Positions 50,721-62,193 of a stretch of 64,000 bases of DNA are shown here, piece after piece; position 1 is the first letter of the stretch, and every line of letters starts with the position of its first letter. The translations under genes were made by a program, and so were the position numbers. Source of the stretch: an uncultured Flavobacteriales bacterium (lineage in GTDB: Bacteria; Bacteroidota; Bacteroidia; Flavobacteriales; Schleiferiaceae); NCBI GenBank assembly GCA_938084135.1, contig CALKDS010000045.1, positions 287 to 64,286 of the forward strand. Direction: 5' to 3'. Under the pieces are notes generated by a model. The model saw only the letters and a program-made list of their open reading frames with translations, had not been told where the DNA came from and did no database searches.

Positions 50721-50767
50721 ACTGACTACGAATAAAACAATACTCATATATTTGGTTGTTCTGTTTT

Positions 50768-52957
50768 TTACCGCACGTAGAGCATCTCACGATATTTAGG
50801 TAGCGGCCACATTTCATTATCCACCATCAATTCTAACTTATCTACAGAATATCTTATTCTCTCAAAAAATGGCTTTACAGTGTCGCAGTATGCAATAGAC
50901 TTATCACGAGTAGATTCAATTTTATTAGCAACTTTTCTTGCTTCAGTCATTTGCGCAACACCGCTTAAAGCCAAACTTACTCTCTCTGAGATTTCGACAA
51001 TCATATCTATCTGTTCTTTAGACACCCTAGCATAGACATCTTCATCGAGGACTTTTTTCAATCGATTTACATTTTCACTAAGGACAGATTGATACCTGAT
51101 TGCAGTAGGTACGATATGATTTTTCACAAGATCTCCAAGAGTTCTAGACTCGATTTGGATATTTTTAAAATACTCTTCCTGCAAAATATCATAACGCGCC
51201 TCTATTTCCACCTTGCTTAAAACGCCTGTTTTCTCAAATAGTTTTATCGATTTCTTTGTTAAGTAAAAATCCAAAGCACGGGGAGCATCTGGAGTGTTTT
51301 TCAGCCCTCTTTTTGCGGCGATATCTTCCCATTCTTTCGAATATCCGTCACCCTCAAATCTTATATCTTTTGAAGATTTAATGTACTCACGTAAAATATT
51401 GAAAATAGCATCTTCTTTTTTTAATCCTGTCGCTATAAGACTGTCAACTTCTTGTTTAAATTGAACTAATTGATCCGCTACAATCATATTCAGAATTGTC
51501 ATTGGAACAGCACAATTAGCTGTAGAGCCAACAGCTCTTAATTCAAACTTATTACCAGTAAATGCGAATGGCGAAGTTCTATTTCTATCTGTATTATCCA
51601 ATAATATTTCAGGTATTTTACCCACAACATTCAGTTTAAGATCTGTCTTTTTCTCTGGAGAAAGTTTGCCATTCTCTAATTTTTCAAGCTCGTCTAGAAC
51701 TTGTGAGAGTTGTGAACCAATAAATACGGATATGATTGCAGGAGGAGCCTCATTTGCTCCCAATCTATGATCATTACTAGCTGAGGCTATAGCAGCCCGG
51801 ATCAGATCAGCTTGATCATTAACAGCTTTAATAGCAGTTATAAAAAATGTTAAAAACAATAGGTTTCTTTTTGGGGTCTTTCCCGGCGCTAATAAATTAA
51901 CTCCAGTATTAGTACTAAGGGACCAGTTGTTGTGCTTACCGGAGCCATTGATAGCGGAAAAAGGCTTCTCATGCAAAAGGACTCTAAATAAATGTCGACG
52001 GGCAACCTTTTCCAAAATATCCATGAATAATGAATTGTGATCAACAGCAATATTGGCTTCTTCAAAAACTGGAGCAAATTCGAATTGACCGGGAGCAACT
52101 TCATTATGTCTTGTTTTTACAGGAATACCCATTTTATGGCATTCAAATTCCACCTCACGCATGTAACTCATAACTCGTTCAGGTATACTACCAAAATAGT
52201 GATCATCTAACTGCTGGCCCTTTGCTGGAGAGTGGCCTATTAATGTTCTTCCCGTCATTACTAAATCTGGACGACTCATAAAAAGGGACTCATCAATTAA
52301 AAAATATTCCTGTTCCCAGCCGAGAGTGGCATTAACCTTTGAAATGTTTTTATCAAAGTATTGAGCAACCTCAGTTGCAGCCCGATCAATAGATTGAAGA
52401 GCTCTGAGCAAAGGAACCTTATTATCTAATGCCTCACCAGTATAAGCCACAAAAATAGTTGGAATGCAAAGTGTGCTCCCAAAAATAAATGCTGGAGATG
52501 TTGGATCCCAAGCCGTGTAACCGCGAGCCTCAAAAGTATTTCGAATACCGCCATTGGGAAATGAAGATGCATCAGGTTCAGCCTGAACCAACATTCCACC
52601 ACTGAATTTTTCTATCGCAAAACCATCTGAACTCGGCTCAAAAAAACCATCATGTTTTTCGGCGGTAGAACCTGTTAGAGGTTGAAACCAATGGGTATAA
52701 TGAGAAGCTCCCAAAGATATAGACCATGCTTTCATGGCCGTTGCTACTTGGTCCGCAACTAAAAGTCCAATTTTTTCACCCTTCTCGATTGCATTAGTAA
52801 CAGAATCAAGTGCCTCTTTCGACATATATTCTCCCATTGCTTTTTTGTTAAAAACATGAGATCCATAATAGTCTGACGACTTTTGGTGCGGATTTGAAAA
52901 ATTTACCGGTTTGTGACTTGTAGCTTCAGTTAAAGATTGAAAACGATGTTGGGCCAT
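50768..52957 (-). CDS. glnA: Glutamine synthetase type III (GlnN-type, ~730 aa)
   Basis: The 729 aa length and sequence (SHYTHWFQPLTG...EKHD.F; WEQEYFLID; NEVAPGQFE.AP; GSGKHNNWS) are typical of GSIII in Bacteroidota. Confidence 0.93.
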   Translation of the reverse strand: MAQHRFQSLTEATSHKPVNFSNPHQKSSDYYGSHVFNKKAMGEYMSKEALDSVTNAIEKGEKIGLLVADQVATAMKAWSISLGASHYTHWFQPLTGSTAEKHDGFFEPSSDGFAIEKFSGGMLVQAEPDASSFPNGGIRNTFEARGYTAWDPTSPAFIFGSTLCIPTIFVAYTGEALDNKVPLLRALQSIDRAATEVAQYFDKNISKVNATLGWEQEYFLIDESLFMSRPDLVMTGRTLIGHSPAKGQQLDDHYFGSIPERVMSYMREVEFECHKMGIPVKTRHNEVAPGQFEFAPVFEEANIAVDHNSLFMDILEKVARRHLFRVLLHEKPFSAINGSGKHNNWSLSTNTGVNLLAPGKTPKRNLLFLTFFITAIKAVNDQADLIRAAIASASNDHRLGANEAPPAIISVFIGSQLSQVLDELEKLENGKLSPEKKTDLKLNVVGKIPEILLDNTDRNRTSPFAFTGNKFELRAVGSTANCAVPMTILNMIVADQLVQFKQEVDSLIATGLKKEDAIFNILREYIKSSKDIRFEGDGYSKEWEDIAAKRGLKNTPDAPRALDFYLTKKSIKLFEKTGVLSKVEIEARYDILQEEYFKNIQIESRTLGDLVKNHIVPTAIRYQSVLSENVNRLKKVLDEDVYARVSKEQIDMIVEISERVSLALSGVAQMTEARKVANKIESTRDKSIAYCDTVKPFFERIRYSVDKLELMVDNEMWPLPKYREMLYVR

Positions 52958-52965
52958 TTTATAAT

Positions 52966-52988
52966 TTTTTTCAAATATACCCCCCTAA
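52966..52988 (-). repeat. Proximal copy of ~23-nt direct repeat TTAGGGGGG-TATATTTGAAAAAA (contains -7 box TATATTTG at 52972..52979)
   Basis: Read directly. G6 tract immediately followed by an exact TAnnTTTG box, 14 nt upstream of the glutamine synthetase ATG. Confidence 0.6.
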
Positions 52989-53016
52989 AAAAGGTATACA
53001 ACTAAAAAAAAAGAAT

Positions 53017-53040
53017 ATTTTTCAACAATACCCCCCCTAA
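53017..53040 (-). repeat. Distal copy of the direct repeat: TTAGGGGGGG-TATTGTTGAAAAAT
   Basis: Read directly. G7 tract followed by a near-consensus box TATTGTTG, 52 nt upstream of the proximal copy. Confidence 0.6.
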
Positions 53041-53062
53041 CTTATACTAGATTGTTAAAAAG

Positions 53063-53314
53063 TTACTTTAATCTTGAAACAGTATCCTCAATCGAGTTCT
53101 TTATTTCTTTGACACTATCCTCTGCTTCTTTTAAAGTGGGGTTATCCATAGCTGCCTTAGAAATCTCAGATTTTAAATCATTTGAAGCATTCCGCATAGA
53201 TTTTATAACCTTTCCGGCCAAACGCGCTAGCCCTGGAAGTTTATCTGTACCAAAAAGCATCAGTACAGCAAACAGCAAGAATATAATTTCTGTAGTGCTT
53301 ATAAAGAGTAACAT
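53063..53314 (-). CDS. tatA: Twin-arginine translocase subunit TatA/TatE
   Basis: N-terminal TM helix followed by FGTDKLPGLARLAGKVIKSMR (FG..KLP hinge and amphipathic helix). 83 aa. Confidence 0.8.
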   Translation of the reverse strand: MLLFISTTEIIFLLFAVLMLFGTDKLPGLARLAGKVIKSMRNASNDLKSEISKAAMDNPTLKEAEDSVKEIKNSIEDTVSRLK

Positions 53315-53326
53315 ACAATGATAAAG

Positions 53327-56300
53327 TTAAACTTTTTTCCTACCCAACTTATCAGTAGTATCATGAAGAACTGGAGAGGCAATGAAAAGCGACGAATAAG
53401 TACCAACTACAACTCCCAAAAGGATAGCAAAAATAAATCCTCTAAGTACCTCTCCTCCAAAGACAAATATTATAAGTAATACTATAATAGTAGTTGCAGA
53501 GGTGTTAAAGGTTCTACTCAATGTGGAATTTAATGCATTATCAATTATTTCGTGCTTAGACTCACCTTTAGATTCAGCATTAAAGAACTCTCTTATTCTG
53601 TCAAAAACAACAACTGTATCATTTAAGGAATAACCGATTACTGTCAATATTGCTGCGATAAATGCCTGGTCTACCTCTAGAGAAAATGGAAGAATACCAT
53701 CGAGAATTGAATAAGCTCCTAAAACTATAATCGTGTCATGAACAGTTGCTGCAACTGCGCCAAGAGAATACTGCCACTTACTAAACCTGAATAACAAATA
53801 AAGGAAAATCGTAAGTAATGAGAAAATAACAGCTATAAAAGCAGTGTTTTTAATGTCGTCTGCAACTGTGGGCCCTACTTGCCTCGAAGCTACAAGTCCT
53901 ATTGCTTCATCTGAGGCAGGATTCATGAAATCTTCTTTAGATATCTTTTCTGAGTAAAAAGAACTAACACCCTCAAAAAGTTGACCCTGAAGAGACTCTT
54001 CTACATCAGAACCGTTTTCTGCAATTCTAAAATTAGTTGTTATGACTACTTGTTCAGGACTACCCAATGTTTTTACAGTAGGTGCGAACGACCTGCCATC
54101 AGTATCAACAAAAAGAAGCTCTAATGACTTGGCAACCTGAGCAACTTCAACAGCTTTGTCAAAACGCACTTGATAGCTTCTACCCCCTTCAAAGTCGACA
54201 CCTAAACTAAGCCCTCGAGTAAGAAGAGAGGCAACGCTAGCAATAAGCAAAAATGAAGAAAAAATGTATGCCGGCTTTCTCAATTTCAAGAAACCAAAGT
54301 TTGTATTAGTAAACCAATTCTGTGTAATTTTTGTAGCGAATGAAAGTTTATCTGATTTTTTAACCCTCCATTCGAAATATAATCTGGTGATAAACAGCGC
54401 TGTAAAAAGAGAAGAGACAATACCAATAATTAAAGTAGTAGCAAATCCTCTGATTGGGCCAGTACCGAAAGCAAAAAGAATGATTGCCGTCAGAAGTGTT
54501 GTTACGTTCGCATCAATAATAGCAGCCCTTGAGCCCTTGTAACCATCAGCTATGGCATGTCGGACAGCCTTTCCTTTGGATAGTTCTTCCCTGATACGAT
54601 CATTTATTAGAACATTGGCATCAACAGCCATTCCTATAGTTAGGACAATACCAGCCATTCCAGGAAGCGTCAAAACTGCATTAAACGCATCCAGGATTCC
54701 AAAAATAAAGAACATATTAACCAATAAAGCTAAACTTGCCCCGACTCCCGCAGTGCTGTAATAAAATATCATATATACCAAAACCAGTAATAGAGCAAAA
54801 CCAAAAGAATTCATACTTGAGCTAATTGCTTCTTTACCAAGACTAGGGCCAACGACATCAGATTGAATAATCCTTGCAGGAACAGGAAGTTTACCTGCTT
54901 TTAGCACATTAGCCAAATCTGTAGCCTCTTCAAGAGAAAATCCACCTTCAATTTGAGTTCTACCACCAGAGATTTCTCCGTTAACGCGAGGATAGCTGTA
55001 AACGACATTATCCAAAACAACAGCAACATGACCTTTCGGAGTTTTTGAACCTTCTTCCTTTGTTAGTCTTTGCCAAACTTGCGCTCCTTGGCCATCCATT
55101 GCCATAGTAACAACTGGATTATTCCCTTGATCAAATTCTTGCCTAGCATCAACAATAACTCCACCATCTAACTCTGGTTCATTATTTCGATTCCCTTGAA
55201 GAGCAATAAGTAACGCAACCTCACTGTCATTCTCGGGACGAGTCCATGCAAAACGAGCATATCTTCTATCTCCAGGGATTAAGCCCTTCACCTCAGGCCT
55301 TCTCATGTAATCATTAATTGTAGCTGTATCTCGAGTTAGTGCATAACCAATAATGGGCCCTTCATTAGGTTGAAAGTTTTGAGAATTTACATTTAATTGA
55401 AAAATGCTTAGTAACGGATTGAAGCTTGTAGCAACAGAATCTGAAATCTCATCTGTATTATTTTCTTCAGATGCTAATTCTGAATCTACTTCACCTACCG
55501 AAGTTGGCAGTTCGAATTCATCCAATTCTTCATCAATCGTATCATCCTGAGAAGAATTCGGATTATCAATAATAGATCGCAGTTTCTCATTTGCATTTAC
55601 TGCAAATTGCATCCAAATAGCACCTTGATCAGCACGCCAAAATTCCAGGCGAGCTGTTGATTGGAGTAAACGTTGAACCCGAACCGGATCTTTAACTCCA
55701 GGCAATTCAACTAAAATCCTTCCTGTACCATCTAGCCTTTGAATATTTGGTTGAACAACACCAAACTGATCAATTCTGGCCTTTAAGACCGTGTAAACAT
55801 TTGCAATTGCAGCCTCAACATCTTCTGACAAAGCAACTTTTATTTCATCATCACCAGCATTGAAACCAAGGCGATCCGTCATCTCTTTTGTCCCATATAA
55901 TCCAGGATCATTTAATAACCTATCTCCTCTTTGAGCATCTAGGGCTTCAAAAAAGAGCTCTAGATAAGACGCCTGACTCTGGGTTTGATCATTATCTGCT
56001 TGCTTTAAAACAGAAAGAAATAATTCATCTTCAGCATCCCCAACTAAACCTTTCAATACATCTCTTACACTGACTTCAAGAATAGCATTCATGCCCCCTC
56101 TTAGATCAAGACCAAGATTCATCTGCTTGGATTTTACCTCCGCATAAGTAAAAGATGTAAACCCTAAGTCATAAACTGTTTGATTCGCCATTGAGTCCAA
56201 GGCATATTTAACCTTTGAAGGATTCGCAAAATAGTCTTCTTCTATTTTGGACTCTACCCTACTAGCCATATAGCTAAACGACAACTCATATAAGGAAGCG

Positions 56301-56347
56301 AGAGCAAATACAATCGCAAATAGACGGATAACCCCTTTATTCTGCAT
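53327..56347 (-). CDS. secDF: Protein translocase subunit SecDF (fused)
   Basis: 1006 aa. SecD periplasmic domain and six TM helices (LGLDLRGG, GPSLG), then a SecF half (LGVDFEGG, ...VVVFDRIRE). Confidence 0.95.
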   Translation of the reverse strand: MQNKGVIRLFAIVFALASLYELSFSYMASRVESKIEEDYFANPSKVKYALDSMANQTVYDLGFTSFTYAEVKSKQMNLGLDLRGGMNAILEVSVRDVLKGLVGDAEDELFLSVLKQADNDQTQSQASYLELFFEALDAQRGDRLLNDPGLYGTKEMTDRLGFNAGDDEIKVALSEDVEAAIANVYTVLKARIDQFGVVQPNIQRLDGTGRILVELPGVKDPVRVQRLLQSTARLEFWRADQGAIWMQFAVNANEKLRSIIDNPNSSQDDTIDEELDEFELPTSVGEVDSELASEENNTDEISDSVATSFNPLLSIFQLNVNSQNFQPNEGPIIGYALTRDTATINDYMRRPEVKGLIPGDRRYARFAWTRPENDSEVALLIALQGNRNNEPELDGGVIVDARQEFDQGNNPVVTMAMDGQGAQVWQRLTKEEGSKTPKGHVAVVLDNVVYSYPRVNGEISGGRTQIEGGFSLEEATDLANVLKAGKLPVPARIIQSDVVGPSLGKEAISSSMNSFGFALLLVLVYMIFYYSTAGVGASLALLVNMFFIFGILDAFNAVLTLPGMAGIVLTIGMAVDANVLINDRIREELSKGKAVRHAIADGYKGSRAAIIDANVTTLLTAIILFAFGTGPIRGFATTLIIGIVSSLFTALFITRLYFEWRVKKSDKLSFATKITQNWFTNTNFGFLKLRKPAYIFSSFLLIASVASLLTRGLSLGVDFEGGRSYQVRFDKAVEVAQVAKSLELLFVDTDGRSFAPTVKTLGSPEQVVITTNFRIAENGSDVEESLQGQLFEGVSSFYSEKISKEDFMNPASDEAIGLVASRQVGPTVADDIKNTAFIAVIFSLLTIFLYLLFRFSKWQYSLGAVAATVHDTIIVLGAYSILDGILPFSLEVDQAFIAAILTVIGYSLNDTVVVFDRIREFFNAESKGESKHEIIDNALNSTLSRTFNTSATTIIVLLIIFVFGGEVLRGFIFAILLGVVVGTYSSLFIASPVLHDTTDKLGRKKV

Positions 56348-56372
56348 GATAATTCAATTTGGAAATAGTGGG

Positions 56373-56380
56373 CAAATATA
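56373..56380 (-). promoter_or_regulatory. -7 promoter box TATATTTG for secDF
   Basis: Exact TAnnTTTG on the minus strand, 25 nt upstream of the ATG at 56347. Confidence 0.35.
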
Positions 56381-56401
56381 GTCGTTCTTTATCTTTACAC
56401 T

Positions 56402-59071
56402 ATGAATATGAAAATACTTAAGCCCTTTTTTCTACTATTTTTTATTGGCTTATCAAGTTTAACGTCTCTTGATGCTCAAGAGACCTATGAATTCAAAGCA
56501 TCAAATAAAGCAAAACTTCTAGTCTCCTTAAATGATTCTCTAGTTAATGGGTTCGCAGGAGGCCTTAATAATCCTCAGATTTTTGATTTAGATATTAACG
56601 GAGACGGCCAAACTGATCTCTTAGTTTTTGACCGAGAAGGAAGCAGATGGGTGCCTTTTGAGAGACGTCAAAATAGATGGAAATATAATCCTGAATGGAT
56701 AAAACAATTTCCATCATGTAATAACTGGGTGGATTTTGCCGATTATAATTGCGATGGTGAACCAGATCTTTTTTGCTCAAAGCAAGGAAATATAGGCGTT
56801 TATAAAGCTTCGAGAAATTTGGGAAAAATCGAGTTTACATGGGCATTAACTGGGCCCTATTTATATTCAACTTACCAAAGTGGGCAAACCCCTGCAAATT
56901 TATTGGTAATATACTCTGATAGACCGGTAATAAAAGATGTTAACGGTGATGGTAATGTGGACATACTAACTTTTGGTCAACAGGCATCAGCAATTGAATT
57001 TCATGAAAACACACAAAACTGCGGACTGGATTTCATACGCGCTGATGCCTGCTGGGGAGACTTCTTAGAAAATAATTTATCGAATTCATTGACTATTGAC
57101 GCCTGCACTGGCAGTACTCCTCCAGCTCCTTCTTTTACCGACAAGTTGACTCACACCGGATCAACTATGCTAGCTGCTGACCTTTCTGGAAATGGTCTAC
57201 TAGATATTCTGCTTGGAGATGTAAGCTTTGACAACGCAGTTGCTGGTTTTAACGTTGGAGATACATTATTGGCAAATATCGAATCTCAAGACACAACATG
57301 GCCAATAAATGATATTCCAGTAAATATTCCTGCATTTCCTGGATTTTCTTTTGCAGACGGAAATAATGATGGATTAAAAGACATAATTGTAGCACCAAAT
57401 ATGCAAGCTGGAAGAAGTGATACCTGCGTTTGGATTTACACGAATAATGGAACCTTATCCAACCCTGTTTGGGTTTTAACTGACTCAAGCTTTCTTCAAA
57501 ACCAAATGCTTGATGCTGGCCGCTACGCTATCCCGGAGCTTGTGGATATCACTAGTAATGGACTACTTGATTTGATTGTTGGCACATCGCAAGGTATTGG
57601 GTTTTGGAAAAATATTGGATCAGCAAATCAACCTGAATGGATAAATAATAGCTTAACACTATCTCCCTCTTCAAAATCCTCAATAACAAAAGATTGGTGC
57701 GCACCCACAGCAGGGGACTTGAATGGAGATGGACTTATTGATCTAATAATTGGAAGAACTGATGGAAAACTTACATATCTTCAAAACACAGGCAATTTCT
57801 TTACCCCATCTTTTCAAGGTATCTATTCTGCAAATTTTCAAAATATTGATGTGGGCGATTTATCTAGCCCAGAATTGGCCGACTTAGACCAAGATGGTGA
57901 TTTAGATTTACTTATTGGAAATTTAAAAGGTAATGTAGCTTACTATAAAAATAATTCGGGCAACTTCATTCTTGTAAATGATAAGTTTGGAGCCATTAGT
58001 ACTGACTTTAGGAATACATATTCCGGAAGATCCATACCGCGATATTGTAATATTGATGGAAAACCATTTTTAACCATTGGTTCCGCAGACTCAGGAATAT
58101 ATCAAATGGATTCCTTATCATTTATAATGAACTCTCCATCGTTTGTAGATCATACAATAGGTAATGGATCTATGAATACAACTAGTTTGCTCGAAACACC
58201 ATGGGGAGGATCAAAAAGGACTGGGCGACATCAGTATCTCTTTAAGGCATCAGAAATTTTAGCCTCAGGTGTTTCTGAGAGCCGGGTAACTCATTTAAGT
58301 TTAAAAGTCAATACTCCGAGTGCACCATACTTGAGTCAAGGTTTCAGCATTAAAATTAAACATACAAACTCAGACAGTCTAAATACATTCTTGACAGGGT
58401 CGCAACTTTGCTATTCCTATATCCACACTCCATCATTGGGATGGAATACAATAACATTGGAACAACCTTTTGATTATGATGGTACTAGTAATTTAATGGT
58501 TGAAATCTGTTTTTCGAAAAACGTTCCTAACTCTGATGTTCATCTCTCGGCTCATAACACGTCATTCAAATCCCATATTTATGGAGACGTTTACAACAAT
58601 AACTCTATCACGACTAATGGTTGTATAATGCCTTATCTCGGTGGTGATAACCTAAGGCCAGATATGAAATTCACTCTAATTCCAAGAATGCCTATTAGAA
58701 AGAAACTCCTACAAAATGGGAGAATAAATGCACCAGTTATAGCAGACATGAATGGAGATGGTAAGCCCGAATTGGTTATGGGTATTTCAACTGGAGGACT
58801 TCTTTATTACACTGGAGACACATCAACAATTGGAGTTGAGAATGATCATATTCAATATTCAAACAAGAAATTAAAAGTTTATCCGAATCCAGGGAACGAT
58901 GATCTTTGGATAGAAGGCGCAGGATTAATTCAAATAGTAAATGCTCAAGGACAAGTAAAATTGGAGCTAAAGAATTCTCAAAACCTTCTAAAAATTGATA
59001 CTCGAGAATGGCCAAGTGGCATATATTTCATTCGATTAGAGAACTATCATGAAATCTGGATCAAGTCATAA
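56402..59071 (+). CDS. FG-GAP/VCBS-repeat beta-propeller protein with inserted beta-sandwich-like domain and T9SS C-terminal sorting domain
   Basis: Signal peptide. About 9 Ca-binding-like repeats D.NGDG..D (DINGDGQTDLLVF, DYNCDGEPDLF, DVNGDGNVDILTF, DLSGNGLLDILLG, DGNNDGLKDIIV, DITSNGLLDLIVG, DLNGDGLIDLIIG, DLDQDGDLDLLIG, DMNGDGKPELVMG). C-terminal KVYPNPGNDDLWIE...GIYFIRLE is typical of a T9SS type A CTD. Confidence 0.75.
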   Translation: MNMKILKPFFLLFFIGLSSLTSLDAQETYEFKASNKAKLLVSLNDSLVNGFAGGLNNPQIFDLDINGDGQTDLLVFDREGSRWVPFERRQNRWKYNPEWIKQFPSCNNWVDFADYNCDGEPDLFCSKQGNIGVYKASRNLGKIEFTWALTGPYLYSTYQSGQTPANLLVIYSDRPVIKDVNGDGNVDILTFGQQASAIEFHENTQNCGLDFIRADACWGDFLENNLSNSLTIDACTGSTPPAPSFTDKLTHTGSTMLAADLSGNGLLDILLGDVSFDNAVAGFNVGDTLLANIESQDTTWPINDIPVNIPAFPGFSFADGNNDGLKDIIVAPNMQAGRSDTCVWIYTNNGTLSNPVWVLTDSSFLQNQMLDAGRYAIPELVDITSNGLLDLIVGTSQGIGFWKNIGSANQPEWINNSLTLSPSSKSSITKDWCAPTAGDLNGDGLIDLIIGRTDGKLTYLQNTGNFFTPSFQGIYSANFQNIDVGDLSSPELADLDQDGDLDLLIGNLKGNVAYYKNNSGNFILVNDKFGAISTDFRNTYSGRSIPRYCNIDGKPFLTIGSADSGIYQMDSLSFIMNSPSFVDHTIGNGSMNTTSLLETPWGGSKRTGRHQYLFKASEILASGVSESRVTHLSLKVNTPSAPYLSQGFSIKIKHTNSDSLNTFLTGSQLCYSYIHTPSLGWNTITLEQPFDYDGTSNLMVEICFSKNVPNSDVHLSAHNTSFKSHIYGDVYNNNSITTNGCIMPYLGGDNLRPDMKFTLIPRMPIRKKLLQNGRINAPVIADMNGDGKPELVMGISTGGLLYYTGDTSTIGVENDHIQYSNKKLKVYPNPGNDDLWIEGAGLIQIVNAQGQVKLELKNSQNLLKIDTREWPSGIYFIRLENYHEIWIKS

Positions 59072-59141
59072 TCCCTATTGAGCGGGGCTTTAACGCGCTT
59101 CGAAAATTTAGCCTAAGATCTTCTCTGATCAAGGTTAAATA

Positions 59142-60071
59142 TTATAGATCAGCCAATACAGAATTCATCGCTCTTACTGCGTTAGCACTCTTTTCAAAAG
59201 CTGCATTTTCTGACTCATTTAGATTATAATCTATGATTTTTTCCCAACCATTTTTTCCAATCGTGACGGGAACTCCCAAGCAGATATCATGTTGACCATA
59301 TTCTCCATCTAGATAAACACAGCAGGGAAAAATTCTTTTTTGATCATTCACGATACTTGCAACCAAAGCGGCTCCGGATGCTCCAGGAGCATACCAAGCA
59401 GAGGTGCCTATCAAGCCCGTTAAAGTTGCACCCCCGACCATAGTCGAAGACTTTACTTGATCTAGCTCTTCTGCAGATAAATAATTAGAAACTGGAGTTG
59501 ACTGATAGGAAGCCAAGCGCGTTAGAGGAATCATAGTAGTATCACCGTGACCGCCAATTACAGAGGCTTGAAGATCGCTAACCGGACAATTTAAGGCTTC
59601 GCTCAAGTAATACTTAAACCTACTTGAGTCTAAAATACCTCCCATACCAATAATTCTATTTTTGGGAAGTCCGCTTCCCTTCACAGCCAGATAAGTCATT
59701 GTATCCATTGGATTAGATATTATCACAACAACTGCTTCAGGAGAAACTTCTAATGACTGAGCAACCACACTCTTCACTATTCCTGCGTTTGTTCCAATCA
59801 GTTCTTCTCTTGTCATTCCTGGCTTACGTGGCAATCCAGAAGTAATTACAATCACTTCAGAGCCAGCCGTCGCCTTGTAATCATTTGTAACTCCTCTTAC
59901 TTTAGTATGGAAACCGTGTAGAGAGGCAGTTTGATTCATATCCATGGCCTTACCCTCAGCAAACCCCTCTCTTATATCTAAAAGAACCAATTCATTCGCA
60001 AGTTCCATTCTTACAATTGATTCAGCGCACGTCGCACCAACATTACCCGCTCCAATAACAGTGATTTTCAT
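59142..60071 (-). CDS. mdh: Malate dehydrogenase (LDH-like family)
   Basis: MKITVIGAGNVGA, ITSGLPRKPGMTREEL, IGGHGDTM. 309 aa. Confidence 0.93.
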   Translation of the reverse strand: MKITVIGAGNVGATCAESIVRMELANELVLLDIREGFAEGKAMDMNQTASLHGFHTKVRGVTNDYKATAGSEVIVITSGLPRKPGMTREELIGTNAGIVKSVVAQSLEVSPEAVVVIISNPMDTMTYLAVKGSGLPKNRIIGMGGILDSSRFKYYLSEALNCPVSDLQASVIGGHGDTTMIPLTRLASYQSTPVSNYLSAEELDQVKSSTMVGGATLTGLIGTSAWYAPGASGAALVASIVNDQKRIFPCCVYLDGEYGQHDICLGVPVTIGKNGWEKIIDYNLNESENAAFEKSANAVRAMNSVLADL

Positions 60072-60113
60072 ATTTGATATCTCATTTAAAACTTTACAAA
60101 CTCAATGAATTAC

Positions 60114-62102
<1,989 letters not shown>

Positions 62103-62193
62103 TCATAGAGATCAAACGAATCAAAAACCGGGGGGCTTTATGAACATTTTTTTCAACAAAATCCCTAGCTAAAATCGTCGAAATTTTGAAAAA

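Noticed and set aside
53052-53321. 89-aa plus-strand ORF overlapping tatA
   Set aside because: The minus-strand frame gives a textbook TatA (TM helix + FG..KLP + amphipathic helix). The plus-strand product has no features.
62125-62145. G6 run (CCGGGGGGCTT) upstream of gyrB as a third copy of the glutamine-synthetase G-tract motif
   Set aside because: Relative to the downstream gene it is a C-run. It lacks the TTAG...TAT flanks and an adjacent -7 box. It forms only a weak hairpin (AAAACC/GGCTTT with a mismatch), so it is not the same element.
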